Assembly: GCA_963713975.1 (NCBI GenBank)
Contig: OY970218.1
Location: 2,176,001 to 2,240,000 of the forward strand
Direction: 5' to 3'
Source of the DNA: an uncultured Chloroflexia bacterium
GTDB taxonomy: Bacteria; Chloroflexota; Limnocylindria; Limnocylindrales; CSP1-4
DNA length: 64,000 nucleotides
The notes under the pieces are model-generated. The model was not told the DNA's origin and did no database searches. It saw only the letters and a list, made by a program, of their open reading frames with translations. Every line of letters begins with the position of its first letter. The first letter of the stretch is position 1. The translations under genes were made by a program, and so were the position numbers. Of this stretch, positions 19,181-28,915 are shown piece by piece.

Positions 19181-20416
19181 ATGAGCGTCCTGACTCCTGC
19201 GGAATTGGCACGTGTCCGCCGCGAATACCGTGCCGCCTCCCTCCTTCCCGCCCGCACCTACCAGGATCCCGCCGTCCTCGAGTGGGAGCGCGAGCACATC
19301 GTCCGCCGGGACTGGGTGCTGGTCGCCCGCGAGGAGGACGTGCTCGAGCCCACCAGCTTCAGGCTCGTGGACATCGACGGTGAGAACGTGATCATCGTGC
19401 GCGGCCGGGACGGGGTGGTCCGTGCCTTCTACAACGTGTGCCGCCACCGGGGGACCGCGGTGGAGGAACGGGAGTGCGGCACGGCCGTCCGCTTCCAGTG
19501 TCCCTACCACGCCTGGATCTACGACCTCGAGGGCAGGCTCGTCCGGGCCAAGCACACCGAGGACCTCGAGGACTTCAGCCTCGAGACCTTCGGCCTCACC
19601 CCGATCCGCGTCGAGACCTGGCAGGGCTTCGTCTTCCTGTGCTTCGCCGACGAGGCCGTGACCCCGCCACTCGCGGTGCAGCTCGGGGACCTCCAGGACC
19701 AGTTCGAGCGCTTCGATTTCACAACCCTGCGCGTCGCGAAGCGCATCGACTACGACGTCGCCGCCAACTGGAAGTTCATCGCCGAGAACTACAGCGAGTG
19801 CTACCACTGCCCCGGCGTCCATCCCCAGCTCAACAAGCTGACGCCGTACGACCTTGGCGCGGACTTCGATCCCGACGGCGCGTGGCAGGGCGGCTACATG
19901 GAGCTGGTGGATGGCGCCGAGACGATGGCGCTGGACGGCGGCCACGGGTCGCGCCACGGCCGGCCGCCCATGTGCGGGATCACGACGGAGGACGAGGAGC
20001 GCATCTACTACTACGTCCTGTGGCCGCTCACCTTCCTCTCGATCCACCCGGACTACCTGCTCGTCCACCGCCTCGAGCCGCTGGACGCGGACCGCACCAG
20101 GGTCGTCTGTGAATGGCTGTTCGAGGCGGACACCATCGCCCGTCCGGACTTCGACCCGTCCGAGCCGATCGAGTTCTGGGACCTCACCAACCGCCAGGAC
20201 TGGCACGTGTGCGAGCTCCAGCAGCGAGGCACTCGATCGCGGTCGTGGACCGCCGGCCGGTACTCGAACAACGAGCCATCGGTGCAGGCGTTCGACCTCA
20301 TGGTCGCCGCCCGCTACGCCGGCGATCCGATCACTGGCCGGCCAACGGTCCGTGACCGGTATGACGTGCCGCCGTCCAAACCGTCCGGCGGACGGAGGTC
20401 CCGCGCCGCCCGCTAG
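19181..20416 (+). CDS. Second Rieske oxygenase alpha subunit (paralog of 15628-16911)
   Basis: CRHRG..CPYH; ENYSECYHCPGVHP. Confidence 0.9.
   Translation: MSVLTPAELARVRREYRAASLLPARTYQDPAVLEWEREHIVRRDWVLVAREEDVLEPTSFRLVDIDGENVIIVRGRDGVVRAFYNVCRHRGTAVEERECGTAVRFQCPYHAWIYDLEGRLVRAKHTEDLEDFSLETFGLTPIRVETWQGFVFLCFADEAVTPPLAVQLGDLQDQFERFDFTTLRVAKRIDYDVAANWKFIAENYSECYHCPGVHPQLNKLTPYDLGADFDPDGAWQGGYMELVDGAETMALDGGHGSRHGRPPMCGITTEDEERIYYYVLWPLTFLSIHPDYLLVHRLEPLDADRTRVVCEWLFEADTIARPDFDPSEPIEFWDLTNRQDWHVCELQQRGTRSRSWTAGRYSNNEPSVQAFDLMVAARYAGDPITGRPTVRDRYDVPPSKPSGGRRSRAAR
19378..19671 (+). repeat. 294-bp direct repeat, copy 2
   Basis: Identical to 15876-16169. Confidence 0.9.
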
Positions 20417-20425
20417 CATGGCAGC

Positions 20426-21202
20426 GTGCCGCTTCTGCTCCTCAAGCTCGTCCTCACCCCCCTGATCGTCGGGGGCGCCAGCGTCGCCGCCCGTCACTGG
20501 GGTGCGTCGGTGGGGGGCTGGATCGTGGCGCTGCCATTGACCTCGGCACCGGTGATCTTCTTCCTGGCGCTCGGCGAGGGTGCGGCCTTCGCGGCGACCG
20601 CGGCCACCGGGACGCTCACAGGGCTGGGGATCCTGGGAGCCTGGAGCCTTGCATTCGTGGCGGCGTGCCGATGGGGTCCGGCGGCCGCCGTGCTGGCGGG
20701 GACGGCGGTCTACGTCGCGCTGGGCGTGGCCGTGCAGCCACTCCTGGGGCTGCCGTTTGCGCTCCTCGCGGTCATGTCCGTGGTGGCGGTCGCCCTGGGG
20801 CTGCGCCTGTTGCCGTCCGACCGGGGCCTGCGCTCGGAGGCGCCACACCCGTCATGGGACCTGCCGGCTCGCGTCATCGTGGGGACGGCGATCGTGGTCA
20901 CGCTCACGGCCGTCGCGCCCCTGCTGGGGGCATCGGTCAGCGGGCTGCTGGCGACATACCCGGTCTATGTCACCGTGCTTGCCGTGTTCACCCAGCTGCA
21001 CGAGGGGCCGGCGGGTGCGGCGGACGTGGTGCGCGGCCTGCTCAAGGGGCTGTTCGGGACGATCGCCTTCTGGGTCGTGGTGCAGCCCGCCCTTACCGCC
21101 ATCGGTGTCGTTCCTGCGTTTGTGGCGGGCGGCGCGATCGCGCTCGCGATCCAGGCATTCGCGCTGCGGTCGATCCGCGCCGGGATTATGGAATCGACCT
21201 GA
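20426..21202 (+). CDS. Multi-pass membrane protein (internally duplicated)
   Basis: About 8 TM helices; [13 protein letters not shown] and [10 protein letters not shown] repeats. Confidence 0.75.
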   Translation: MPLLLLKLVLTPLIVGGASVAARHWGASVGGWIVALPLTSAPVIFFLALGEGAAFAATAATGTLTGLGILGAWSLAFVAACRWGPAAAVLAGTAVYVALGVAVQPLLGLPFALLAVMSVVAVALGLRLLPSDRGLRSEAPHPSWDLPARVIVGTAIVVTLTAVAPLLGASVSGLLATYPVYVTVLAVFTQLHEGPAGAADVVRGLLKGLFGTIAFWVVVQPALTAIGVVPAFVAGGAIALAIQAFALRSIRAGIMEST

Positions 21203-21353
21203 GCGGGTCCGACCCGCCCGCTCCGAATGGGCCGAATCGACTCTTGCCCCCGGGAGTACCCCGGGCGCACCCTCGGGCTACTTCGACCCGGACGCCGGCA
21301 CGGCGCGTCCGGGCCCCGACCCGTTGCTGCGCCACCAGACCCGGAGTCCGGCC

Positions 21354-22379
21354 ATGGCTCTCGACGTTGGTGCCGACCTGTTCGGGCGCTCCTTCCTGTC
21401 CCTCCGCGACTACACCGCGGACGAGATCGAGCACCTCCTCCAGCTGGCGGCCCGTCTCAAGCAGGAGAAGCGCGACCATCGGGAGGTCAGGCGCCTCGTC
21501 GGCCGCTCGATTGCGCTGATCTTCGAGAAGGACAGCACCCGGACCCGGATCGGGTTCGAGGTGGCCGCCTATGACCAGGGTGCGCATGTCACCTACCTGG
21601 GGCCGACGGGCAGCCATGTCGGCAAGAAGGAATCGGTCAAGGACACGGCACGCGTCCTGGGACGCGTCTACGACGCCATCGAGTTCCGTGGCTTCCACCA
21701 GGTAGACGTGGAGGCGCTGGCCACGTATTCCGGGGTGCCGGTCTACAACGGCCTCACGGACGAGGATCACCCGACCCAGGTCCTGGCCGACCTGCTCACC
21801 ATCCGGGAGCACCTGGCGAGGCCACTGTCGGAGGTGGCCCTGGCCTACGTCGGTGACGCCCACGGCAACATGGGTGACGAGCTGCTGCTCGGCTGCGCCA
21901 CGATGGGCATGGACCTGCGGATCGTCGCGCCACGGGCCGTGTGGCCGCGCGACGACTTCCTGGCCCTCGCCCGGGAGCGCGCCCGAGAGAGCGGAGCCCG
22001 AATCACGGTCACGGATGCGATCGAGACCGGGGTCGCCGGGGCCGATGTCGTCTACACGGACGTCTGGGTGTCGATGGGCGAGCCCGAGGCCACGTGGGAC
22101 GAGCGGATCGCTCTCCTGCGCCCGTACCAGGTGGACGCCGCACTGATGGCGATGACGGGCCGCCCCGACGCGCGGTTCATGCACTGCCTGCCGGCGTTCC
22201 ATGATCTCGAGACGGAGGTTGGCCGCAAGATGTTCGAGCGCCATGGCCTGACGGCCATGGAGGTCACGGACGAGGTCTTCGAGTCGGAGCACTCGATCGT
22301 GTTCGACCAGGCCGAGAACCGGATGCACACGATCAAGGCCGTGCTGGTCGCCACGCTCAGCCGGGAAGGGGTGCGCTGA
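21354..22379 (+). CDS. argF: Ornithine carbamoyltransferase
   Basis: DSTRTR, HPTQ, DVWVSMG, HCLP, QAENR motifs. Confidence 0.93.
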   Translation: MALDVGADLFGRSFLSLRDYTADEIEHLLQLAARLKQEKRDHREVRRLVGRSIALIFEKDSTRTRIGFEVAAYDQGAHVTYLGPTGSHVGKKESVKDTARVLGRVYDAIEFRGFHQVDVEALATYSGVPVYNGLTDEDHPTQVLADLLTIREHLARPLSEVALAYVGDAHGNMGDELLLGCATMGMDLRIVAPRAVWPRDDFLALARERARESGARITVTDAIETGVAGADVVYTDVWVSMGEPEATWDERIALLRPYQVDAALMAMTGRPDARFMHCLPAFHDLETEVGRKMFERHGLTAMEVTDEVFESEHSIVFDQAENRMHTIKAVLVATLSREGVR

Positions 22380-23335
22380 TGCGCGTCGTCGCGGCACTGG
22401 GCGGCAACGCCCTCCTCCGTCGCGGCCAGCCGATGACGGCCGAGAACCAGCGGGCCAACGTGGCAGTGGCCGCACGGGCCCTCCTGCCCATCGCACTCGA
22501 ACACGACCTGATCCTCACCCACGGCAACGGGCCGCAGGTGGGGCTGCTCTCGCTCCAGAACGCCGCCTACAAGCCCGACGAGGAGTATCCGCTGGACATC
22601 CTCGATGCGGAGACCGAGGGCATGATCGGCTACCTCCTGGAGCAGGAGCTGGGCAACCTGCTGGCGCCCGGCCGGCCGATGGCGACGATTCTCACGCGGA
22701 TCGCCGTGGATCCAGCGGACCCTGCATTCGACCGCCCGACCAAGCCGATCGGGCCCGTGTACGACCGGGAGGAAGCCGAGCGCCACGCCGCCGAGAAGTC
22801 GTGGAAGATCGCCCCGGACGGCAACAAGTGGCGGCGCGTGGTCCCGTCGCCGCAGCCGCAGGAGATCGTGGAGCTGTCGGTCATCGAGCTGCTGGTCCGG
22901 GAGCGGGTGATCGTCGTCTGCGCCGGCGGCGGCGGTATCCCGGTCTCCGCCATCCCCGGCGGTGGGTACGAGGGTGTCGAGGCGGTGATCGACAAGGACT
23001 TTGCCGGCGCGCTGCTCGCAACCTCGCTCCACGCGGACGCGTTCCTGATGCTGACCGACGTGGACGCCGTCTACGCGGACTGGGGCACGCCGTCGGCCTG
23101 GCCGATCCACCGCGCGGCCCCGGACGAGATGGCCGCACGCACGTTTGCCGCGGGGTCGATGGGGCCCAAGGTGGAGGCCGCGTGCCGCTTCGTCCGGGCA
23201 AACAGCGGCTTCGCGGCGATCGGGGCGCTCGCGGACGCGGGCGCGATGCTCCGTGGCGAAGCCGGGACCGTGGTCAGCGGCGACGCGGCGCAGCTGGAGT
23301 GGGGGACCGCGCCGCTCGCGATGTCGACGGGATAG
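22379..23335 (+). CDS. arcC: Carbamate kinase
   Basis: ALGGNALL, THGNGPQVG, PTKPIG, GGGGIP, VIDKD, GSMGPKVEAA. Confidence 0.94.
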   Translation: MRVVAALGGNALLRRGQPMTAENQRANVAVAARALLPIALEHDLILTHGNGPQVGLLSLQNAAYKPDEEYPLDILDAETEGMIGYLLEQELGNLLAPGRPMATILTRIAVDPADPAFDRPTKPIGPVYDREEAERHAAEKSWKIAPDGNKWRRVVPSPQPQEIVELSVIELLVRERVIVVCAGGGGIPVSAIPGGGYEGVEAVIDKDFAGALLATSLHADAFLMLTDVDAVYADWGTPSAWPIHRAAPDEMAARTFAAGSMGPKVEAACRFVRANSGFAAIGALADAGAMLRGEAGTVVSGDAAQLEWGTAPLAMSTG

Positions 23336-23382
23336 GACCCGCGGTCAGCGGGGTCCCACCGTGACCCGCCACGTCGGGAACC

Positions 23383-24282
23383 TCAGGGGCGCGGCTTGGT
23401 CCGTGCGGCGATGCGCTCCAGGGCCCCGGTCCAGCCCGGGTCGAACTCGCGCCCTGCCTCGTCCAGATCGATCACGACCGGGGCGTGATCCGACGGGGTC
23501 GGCGGGCCCTTGCGCGCCTCGCGGTCGATCTCCGTCCAGACCACCCTCGCGGCAACGGGCGCCGTCGCGTACAGCAGGTCGATCCGCATGCCCTGGTTAC
23601 GGTGGAACATCCCTGCCCGGTAGTCCCACCACGAGAACCGGCCCGCCTCCGGCCGCTGCGTCCGGTAGGTGTCCACCAGGCCCCAGGCGCGCAGCCGGGC
23701 CAGCGCGTCCCGCTCTGGTGCGGACACGTGTGTGCCTCCGTGCGCCTTTGTCGGACTCCAGACATCGATGTCGGCCGGGGTGACGTTGAAGTCGCCGGCC
23801 AGGACCAGGGGCTCGTCCGGCGAGCGCGTCTCGGCCAGCCAGCGGGAGAGCCGCTCGAACCAGCGCAACTTGCCCTCGTAGAACGGGGAGCCGACCTCAC
23901 GCCCGTTGGGGACATAGAGGCTGGCCACGCGGACCCCACCGCAGACCGCGGACACCATCCGCGCCTCGCCGAACGGGTCGAAGTCGTCCTCGGACAGCGC
24001 GATGGCCGCACCGGCCGAGGAGTCCCTGACGGGACCGTCGCCGAAGTTGGTCACGATGTCATCGATGCCCACGCGGGACAGGATCGCCACCCCGTTCCAG
24101 CGGCCCTCGCCGTGGTGGGCCATCTCGTAGCCGAGCATGCGCATCGGCATGACCGGCGCGTCGGCGTCGGACAGTTTCGTCTCCTGGATCAGCAGGACGT
24201 CCGGCTCCGCCTTGGCCAGCCAGCGCTCCACGGCCTCCTGCCGGGCCTTGAGCGAGTTGACGTTCCAGGTGGCGATGCGCAT
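23383..24282 (-). CDS. xth: Exodeoxyribonuclease III
   Basis: MRIATWNVNS, QETK, YVPNG, GDFN, WWDYR, GMRID, SDHAP. Confidence 0.93.
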   Translation of the reverse strand: MRIATWNVNSLKARQEAVERWLAKAEPDVLLIQETKLSDADAPVMPMRMLGYEMAHHGEGRWNGVAILSRVGIDDIVTNFGDGPVRDSSAGAAIALSEDDFDPFGEARMVSAVCGGVRVASLYVPNGREVGSPFYEGKLRWFERLSRWLAETRSPDEPLVLAGDFNVTPADIDVWSPTKAHGGTHVSAPERDALARLRAWGLVDTYRTQRPEAGRFSWWDYRAGMFHRNQGMRIDLLYATAPVAARVVWTEIDREARKGPPTPSDHAPVVIDLDEAGREFDPGWTGALERIAARTKPRP

Positions 24283-24290
24283 GCAACCCC

Positions 24291-25034
24291 CTATCTCGGC
24301 GCCTTGATCGTGATCTCCTCGCCGACCTTGCTGAAGGCCATCGTCGCCTCGAAGGTCGTCGGGACTCCGGCCCCGGTTGGGCCGTCGCCCTCCATCCGCA
24401 TCTCGATGGGCGTGCCGTCCGCCGCAAGGACGAGGGACATCGTCCGCATGGTGGCCGTCTGCCCCAGCTGGCGCATGCTCAGCGTCTGGTACGGGTACCC
24501 GCGGTCGCATTCGAAGGCGTAGGCGTCGGCATGATCCGCCGGGTGTCCGGTGTAGACAAGGTCGTTGAGCCAGCACAGGTAGAGCCACGGGTTTGTCAGG
24601 TCCGAGGCGGTCGTCTGGTTCGCGTTGCCGCGGAGCCACTTCTTGCCCGGGACCTTCACCCAGGCCTTGCCGTTGACCATCCGGAGCTGGAGCGTCTTGC
24701 CGGCGACCTTCATGATCGCCGCGAACTCGCCCCCCGCGACGTCCATCGCCAGGTTCGCCGCCACGCCCTGCGCGGCGCCGCCACCGGTGGCGGTCTCATC
24801 GAGATGGAAGGTCAGGTCATCGGACGCGGTGAGCTTCGAGAAGGCCGTCAGTGCACTCGAAGCATCCGACGCATCCGGGAGCAGGGTCTCGGCCGCTCCG
24901 GCCGGCGCCGAGGTCGCGACATCCGGGGTGCTCGTGGTTGGCCCGGTGCCACATCCCGACGCCGCGAGGAGGACGACGAGGAGGACGACGAGGGAGCCAC
25001 CGGTGCCCCGAGTCCTGCGCCTGGAGATCTCCAT
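24291..25034 (-). CDS. Lipoprotein, LppX/LolA-like beta fold
   Basis: Lipobox AASGC; C-terminal FSKVGEEITIKAP motif typical of LppX-like proteins. Confidence 0.7.
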   Translation of the reverse strand: MEISRRRTRGTGGSLVVLLVVLLAASGCGTGPTTSTPDVATSAPAGAAETLLPDASDASSALTAFSKLTASDDLTFHLDETATGGGAAQGVAANLAMDVAGGEFAAIMKVAGKTLQLRMVNGKAWVKVPGKKWLRGNANQTTASDLTNPWLYLCWLNDLVYTGHPADHADAYAFECDRGYPYQTLSMRQLGQTATMRTMSLVLAADGTPIEMRMEGDGPTGAGVPTTFEATMAFSKVGEEITIKAPR

Positions 25035-25048
25035 GAGCCCAGCCTGCC

Positions 25049-25750
25049 TCAGTACCTGCGACCCTTCTGCTTGGCCAGGTCGAACGTCGCGGTATCCGCG
25101 ACGGCCATCACGGCCATCGTGCCGGCCTGGACCGGGTCGCTGACCACCAGGTCGACGTGCTCGGTGATGGAGCCCACCATGTTGAGGGCGATGATGGGGA
25201 TCCCAACCGCGCGTAGCTCGTCGGCGGCCGTGCTGATCTGGCCGCCCATGATGGAGCCCGCGAGGACCAGCATCCGGGCGCGCGGCAGGTCTGCCACGGC
25301 TCGCACGGCGGACGCGATCGGCTCCTCGCCCACCAGGGGGATCGTGTCCACGGAGATCCGCTCGCCGCGCAGGTTGTGGCGGTCGGCCTCCGTGACGGCG
25401 CCCAGGGCCACCTGCGCGACCTGTGCGCCTCCGCCCACGACGATCACGCGCTTGCCGAACACCTTGCCCAACGGCCGGGTCATGTGGATGGTCACGACCC
25501 CGGCGAGTGGCTCGAGCGCGGCGACGATGGCCTGCTCGTCGGCGTCCTCGACCTCCAGCTCCACGTCGACGGTCGCGGCGGATTCGGGTTCGGGTCCGGC
25601 TCGTCCGGCGCGGCGCACGGTCGATAGGGTCCGGACCCGCCCTCCCGCGCCGGCGACGGCCGCGGCGATGACGCCGATCGTGCCGGGATGGTCGACGACC
25701 TCCAGGCGGACGGCGACCGCGGGTGGCAGGGGCTGCGGTCGACGGGGCAT
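25049..25750 (-). CDS. ACT domain + DUF5612 protein
   Basis: DHPGTIG ACT motif; [46 protein letters not shown]. Confidence 0.82.
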   Translation of the reverse strand: MPRRPQPLPPAVAVRLEVVDHPGTIGVIAAAVAGAGGRVRTLSTVRRAGRAGPEPESAATVDVELEVEDADEQAIVAALEPLAGVVTIHMTRPLGKVFGKRVIVVGGGAQVAQVALGAVTEADRHNLRGERISVDTIPLVGEEPIASAVRAVADLPRARMLVLAGSIMGGQISTAADELRAVGIPIIALNMVGSITEHVDLVVSDPVQAGTMAVMAVADTATFDLAKQKGRRY

Positions 25751-25754
25751 CGGG

Positions 25755-26027
25755 CTAGGACGCGTAGCCGGCAACGATGTCGGCGATGGACAGCCCGGTC
25801 GGCTCCTGGCCGCTCGTCGGGTCGTGCTCGTCGAAGGTGATGCCGAGTGCGGTGAACGCCTCCCGGGTCGCGCCGGCGTCGCTTGTGGTGAGCATCAGCG
25901 CGCCGTCGGTGTCCTCGGCGACGCCCACGATCCCGGTGATGTTGACGCCGCGATCGGCCAGCGCCTGGGCGACTTGCGCCAGCGCCCCGGGGCGGTCGTC
26001 GAGCTGCACGGTGAACCAGATCGTCAC
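25755..26027 (-). CDS. Stand-alone ACT domain protein
   Basis: [22 protein letters not shown]. Confidence 0.85.
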   Translation of the reverse strand: MTIWFTVQLDDRPGALAQVAQALADRGVNITGIVGVAEDTDGALMLTTSDAGATREAFTALGITFDEHDPTSGQEPTGLSIADIVAGYAS

Positions 26028-26081
26028 GAGGAACCTCCTGACCGCCCATGGTACGCGGGAGGCGCGTTACCCTGCGCTCCC

Positions 26082-26549
26082 ATGACGACCCGTCACTCCG
26101 CGCGCTTCTACCTGCTGATCGGCAGGATCGGCACCAGCCGGATCGTCTCCCGGGTCCATGCGCCCCTCTACCGGTTGACCGGAGGGCGCTGGCTGTTCGG
26201 CCGCAACCTCGGCGTGCTCAACGTGATCGTCATGACCACCGGCCGCAGGACAGGCAGGGGCCGCGAGATCCCGCTCTATGCGTTCGAGGACGGCACACGC
26301 CTGGTGGTGATCGGCTCCAATGCTGGTGACGACCGCGAGCCCGCCTGGGTCGGCAACCTGCGCGCCAACCCTGACGCGACGGTCCGAGTGGGACGCGACG
26401 TGCGCCCGGTTCGGGCGCGCGAGACGGACGGTGCCGAGCGTGATCGCCTGTGGTCGCTGGCCGCGCACGGCTATCCGGGCTACGAACTGTACGCACAGTG
26501 GACGCAGCGGCGCATCCCGGTGATCGCCCTCGAGCCCGTGGGGGCCTGA
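26082..26549 (+). CDS. Deazaflavin (F420)-dependent nitroreductase family (Ddn/FDOR-A)
   Basis: TTGRRTG..R..PL, GSNAG..PAWVGNLRANP, RRIPV. Confidence 0.9.
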   Translation: MTTRHSARFYLLIGRIGTSRIVSRVHAPLYRLTGGRWLFGRNLGVLNVIVMTTGRRTGRGREIPLYAFEDGTRLVVIGSNAGDDREPAWVGNLRANPDATVRVGRDVRPVRARETDGAERDRLWSLAAHGYPGYELYAQWTQRRIPVIALEPVGA

Positions 26550-26552
26550 GCG

Positions 26553-26945
26553 ATGCCCGCACCGCTGGGCAAGGTGCCCACGAAGAAGATGCCCAACATC
26601 CAGGTGTTCGGGCTCGAGGACAATAACGCCACGCGCAACACCCTCCGGTTCTTCCGCGAGCGGCGGATCGTGGTCCATTTCGTGGACCTGCGCAAGAAGT
26701 CGATCGCGCCGGGGGAGCTGCGACGTTTCACCGACCGGCTGGGCGCGGCGGCGCTGCTGGACACCGAGAGCCGGCCTTACAAGGAGCAGGGCCTGGCGTA
26801 TCTCTCGACCGACGCGGCGGGGATCACGAGCCGCCTCCTCGCGGATCCGCGGCTGATCCGCCTGCCCCTGGTCCGCTACGGCGACGAGGTCACCGCCGGC
26901 AAGGACGAGACGGCCTGGAAGGCGTGGCTGGCCAAGCCGCGCTAG
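26553..26945 (+). CDS. ArsC/Spx/MgsR family protein lacking the canonical Cys
   Basis: IQVFG..ATRNTLRFFRERRI..P.LIRLPLVR. Confidence 0.75.
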   Translation: MPAPLGKVPTKKMPNIQVFGLEDNNATRNTLRFFRERRIVVHFVDLRKKSIAPGELRRFTDRLGAAALLDTESRPYKEQGLAYLSTDAAGITSRLLADPRLIRLPLVRYGDEVTAGKDETAWKAWLAKPR

Positions 26946-28783
26946 CGCTGCGTCGGGTCCACGACCCGGCCCATGAACAGGATGGCGCCGGTCTGGACAT
27001 CCCGGAGCAGGAACAGGAACGGCTTGTGGAGGCGCAGCGTCTTCGTCGTCCGGGCTGACGGGCCGCCGCAACCGCCGGTGGTGTCCATGCCGATCGCCGT
27101 TGCCGCGGCTGCCTCGGTGCCGCTCTCGTCGACGTCGATGTTCGCCTGGTGGATCACCATGCCGATGTGGAGCGGGTCGGTGGCCGTGATGCCCGAGAAG
27201 TCAGCAGCCACGCCATCGAACGGCACCTCCATCCCCAGCGCCCGCAGCGACGGGATCAGGTTGGCGCGGGTGTCGATCCCGAACTTCGGGAGGTAGAGGT
27301 TGACGCTGTACGGGTACGTCCCGCAGCGCATGTCCGCCCAGTCTGCCGCCGTGTACTCGAGCTTGGTGAGCCGCCTGCGCTCGGCGTTGAGCCGCTGCTG
27401 AACCTGGGCCAGTGTTGCCGCGTCGAGCAATTCTTCGAACGTCCGGATGTCGTCGGGCAGGATCATCGTCATCGCGAGCTCCGACGAGCCGTTGGGCGCC
27501 AGGTACCGGAGCTCGGTGGCGCGCCATCCATCGCCGGTCGCGAGCGGAAGGTCCTGGCCGCCGGCCTGGTACATCGTCGGTACCTGCGCCCGACTCCCGG
27601 CCAGGGTCGTGAAGGTGCGGCTCTGCGTCTGGTCTACGTCAAACGGCATCGCCCACTCGGCCTTGAGGTAGATCGCGTTGACGAGGATCAGACGCGTCTG
27701 CTCCGACACGTTCGGAGGCGCCAGCAACGACGGGATCCGGCCCAGCGTCTGACGGCTCGCCCAGGCATTGATGGCGTTGCGCGCGCCGTCCGCATCATTG
27801 ATGTAGTCGACGAGACCGAGCCCGGACCCGAACGTCCTGCCGATCCGGTCGAGGTAGGCAGCCTCGATCGAGTAGTCGCGCTGGCCGAACGCCATGTTCG
27901 CGATCCGTAGCGCCAGCTGGTGTGGCTGGTCGGCGTCTGCGTAGTCCTTCCACGTCGCGTCGCGCGAGCCCAGGAGCTGGTTCAACGAGCTCAGGCCGTC
28001 GCCGAGTCGGTTCCAGCCGTCCACGCGCAGGACCTTGTCCATCTCGGCAGCCGTGGCGCCCTTCGCGCCTGCGCGGGCCATGGCGAGCGCCGTCACGACG
28101 CTTGCGGGCGAGACGACGACCCCCGTGCCGGCCAGGCCGAGGTCCGGATCCTTGAGCATGCGCTTGTAGAGCGCGATGCCGAACTTGTTGTTGGCCGCAG
28201 CCTGGGCCTTCGCGGCGGCGACGGACGGCGTTCCGCGCGTCAGGTCGGCCGCGGCCAGCTCGAAGCCCGGGGTCGCGTCCCCGGCGAGCGCGACCCAGGG
28301 TGTGCCATCGTGGTCTGCGACGGCTACCCAGCCCTGGTCCACGCCGCCGGCCAGCGTCACCTCGAGCGGCGCCACCCGGAACCACGTGTAGTCGGAGGCC
28401 TGGACCGGGCCGGCCGTGACCACCAGCTGCGTTCCGATGGGCAGCACGGGCTGGAGCTTCAGTGAGTCGGCGGCCACGCGGGGTTCAGAACGGACTCGAA
28501 GCCGGTCGGACACGGTCACGGCAATGGCCCCGGGGACCAGCGCTCCATCCGAGGTCGCGACCGGCGATGAGGTCGGCGCGGGCGTCGTTGTCGATGCCGT
28601 GCCCGGGACCGTGGGCGGAGCGGGCACTGTCGACGCTGGTGGCGTCTGGAACGCCGCCGCGGCGGTCGGTGGCGACGAGGGAGCGGGGCCCGTGTCGCAC
28701 CCGACGACCAAGAGGGTGGCGAAGAGGACCGTCAGGAGCGTCCATCCGCGGTGGCGGCGTACCGGCTGGCTGACCGAGCGCAT
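26942..28783 (-). CDS. Lipoprotein serpin with N-terminal SH3-like domain
   Basis: Lipobox LVVGC; SPASV, LVNAIYLKAEW, LPKF, VDESGTEAAAAT hinge, HKPFLF, ILFMGRVVDP. Confidence 0.9.
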   Translation of the reverse strand: MRSVSQPVRRHRGWTLLTVLFATLLVVGCDTGPAPSSPPTAAAAFQTPPASTVPAPPTVPGTASTTTPAPTSSPVATSDGALVPGAIAVTVSDRLRVRSEPRVAADSLKLQPVLPIGTQLVVTAGPVQASDYTWFRVAPLEVTLAGGVDQGWVAVADHDGTPWVALAGDATPGFELAAADLTRGTPSVAAAKAQAAANNKFGIALYKRMLKDPDLGLAGTGVVVSPASVVTALAMARAGAKGATAAEMDKVLRVDGWNRLGDGLSSLNQLLGSRDATWKDYADADQPHQLALRIANMAFGQRDYSIEAAYLDRIGRTFGSGLGLVDYINDADGARNAINAWASRQTLGRIPSLLAPPNVSEQTRLILVNAIYLKAEWAMPFDVDQTQSRTFTTLAGSRAQVPTMYQAGGQDLPLATGDGWRATELRYLAPNGSSELAMTMILPDDIRTFEELLDAATLAQVQQRLNAERRRLTKLEYTAADWADMRCGTYPYSVNLYLPKFGIDTRANLIPSLRALGMEVPFDGVAADFSGITATDPLHIGMVIHQANIDVDESGTEAAAATAIGMDTTGGCGGPSARTTKTLRLHKPFLFLLRDVQTGAILFMGRVVDPTQR

Positions 28784-28915
28784 GGCGGTGCACCTGCATT
28801 GGGGGTCGGCGCCAATACGGCTCGGCGCGGCCCGGCGCCCGGGGCCGCGTGTCGTTGCCGGCGGTTGAGACGTCCGACGGTCGCGTGACGTTGCGCGGGG
28901 TGGCATCCTCACCTC

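Noticed and set aside
15876-19671. Diversity-generating retroelement template/variable repeat pair
   Set aside because: The copies are identical with no adenine-specific mismatches, both are coding, and no reverse transcriptase is present.
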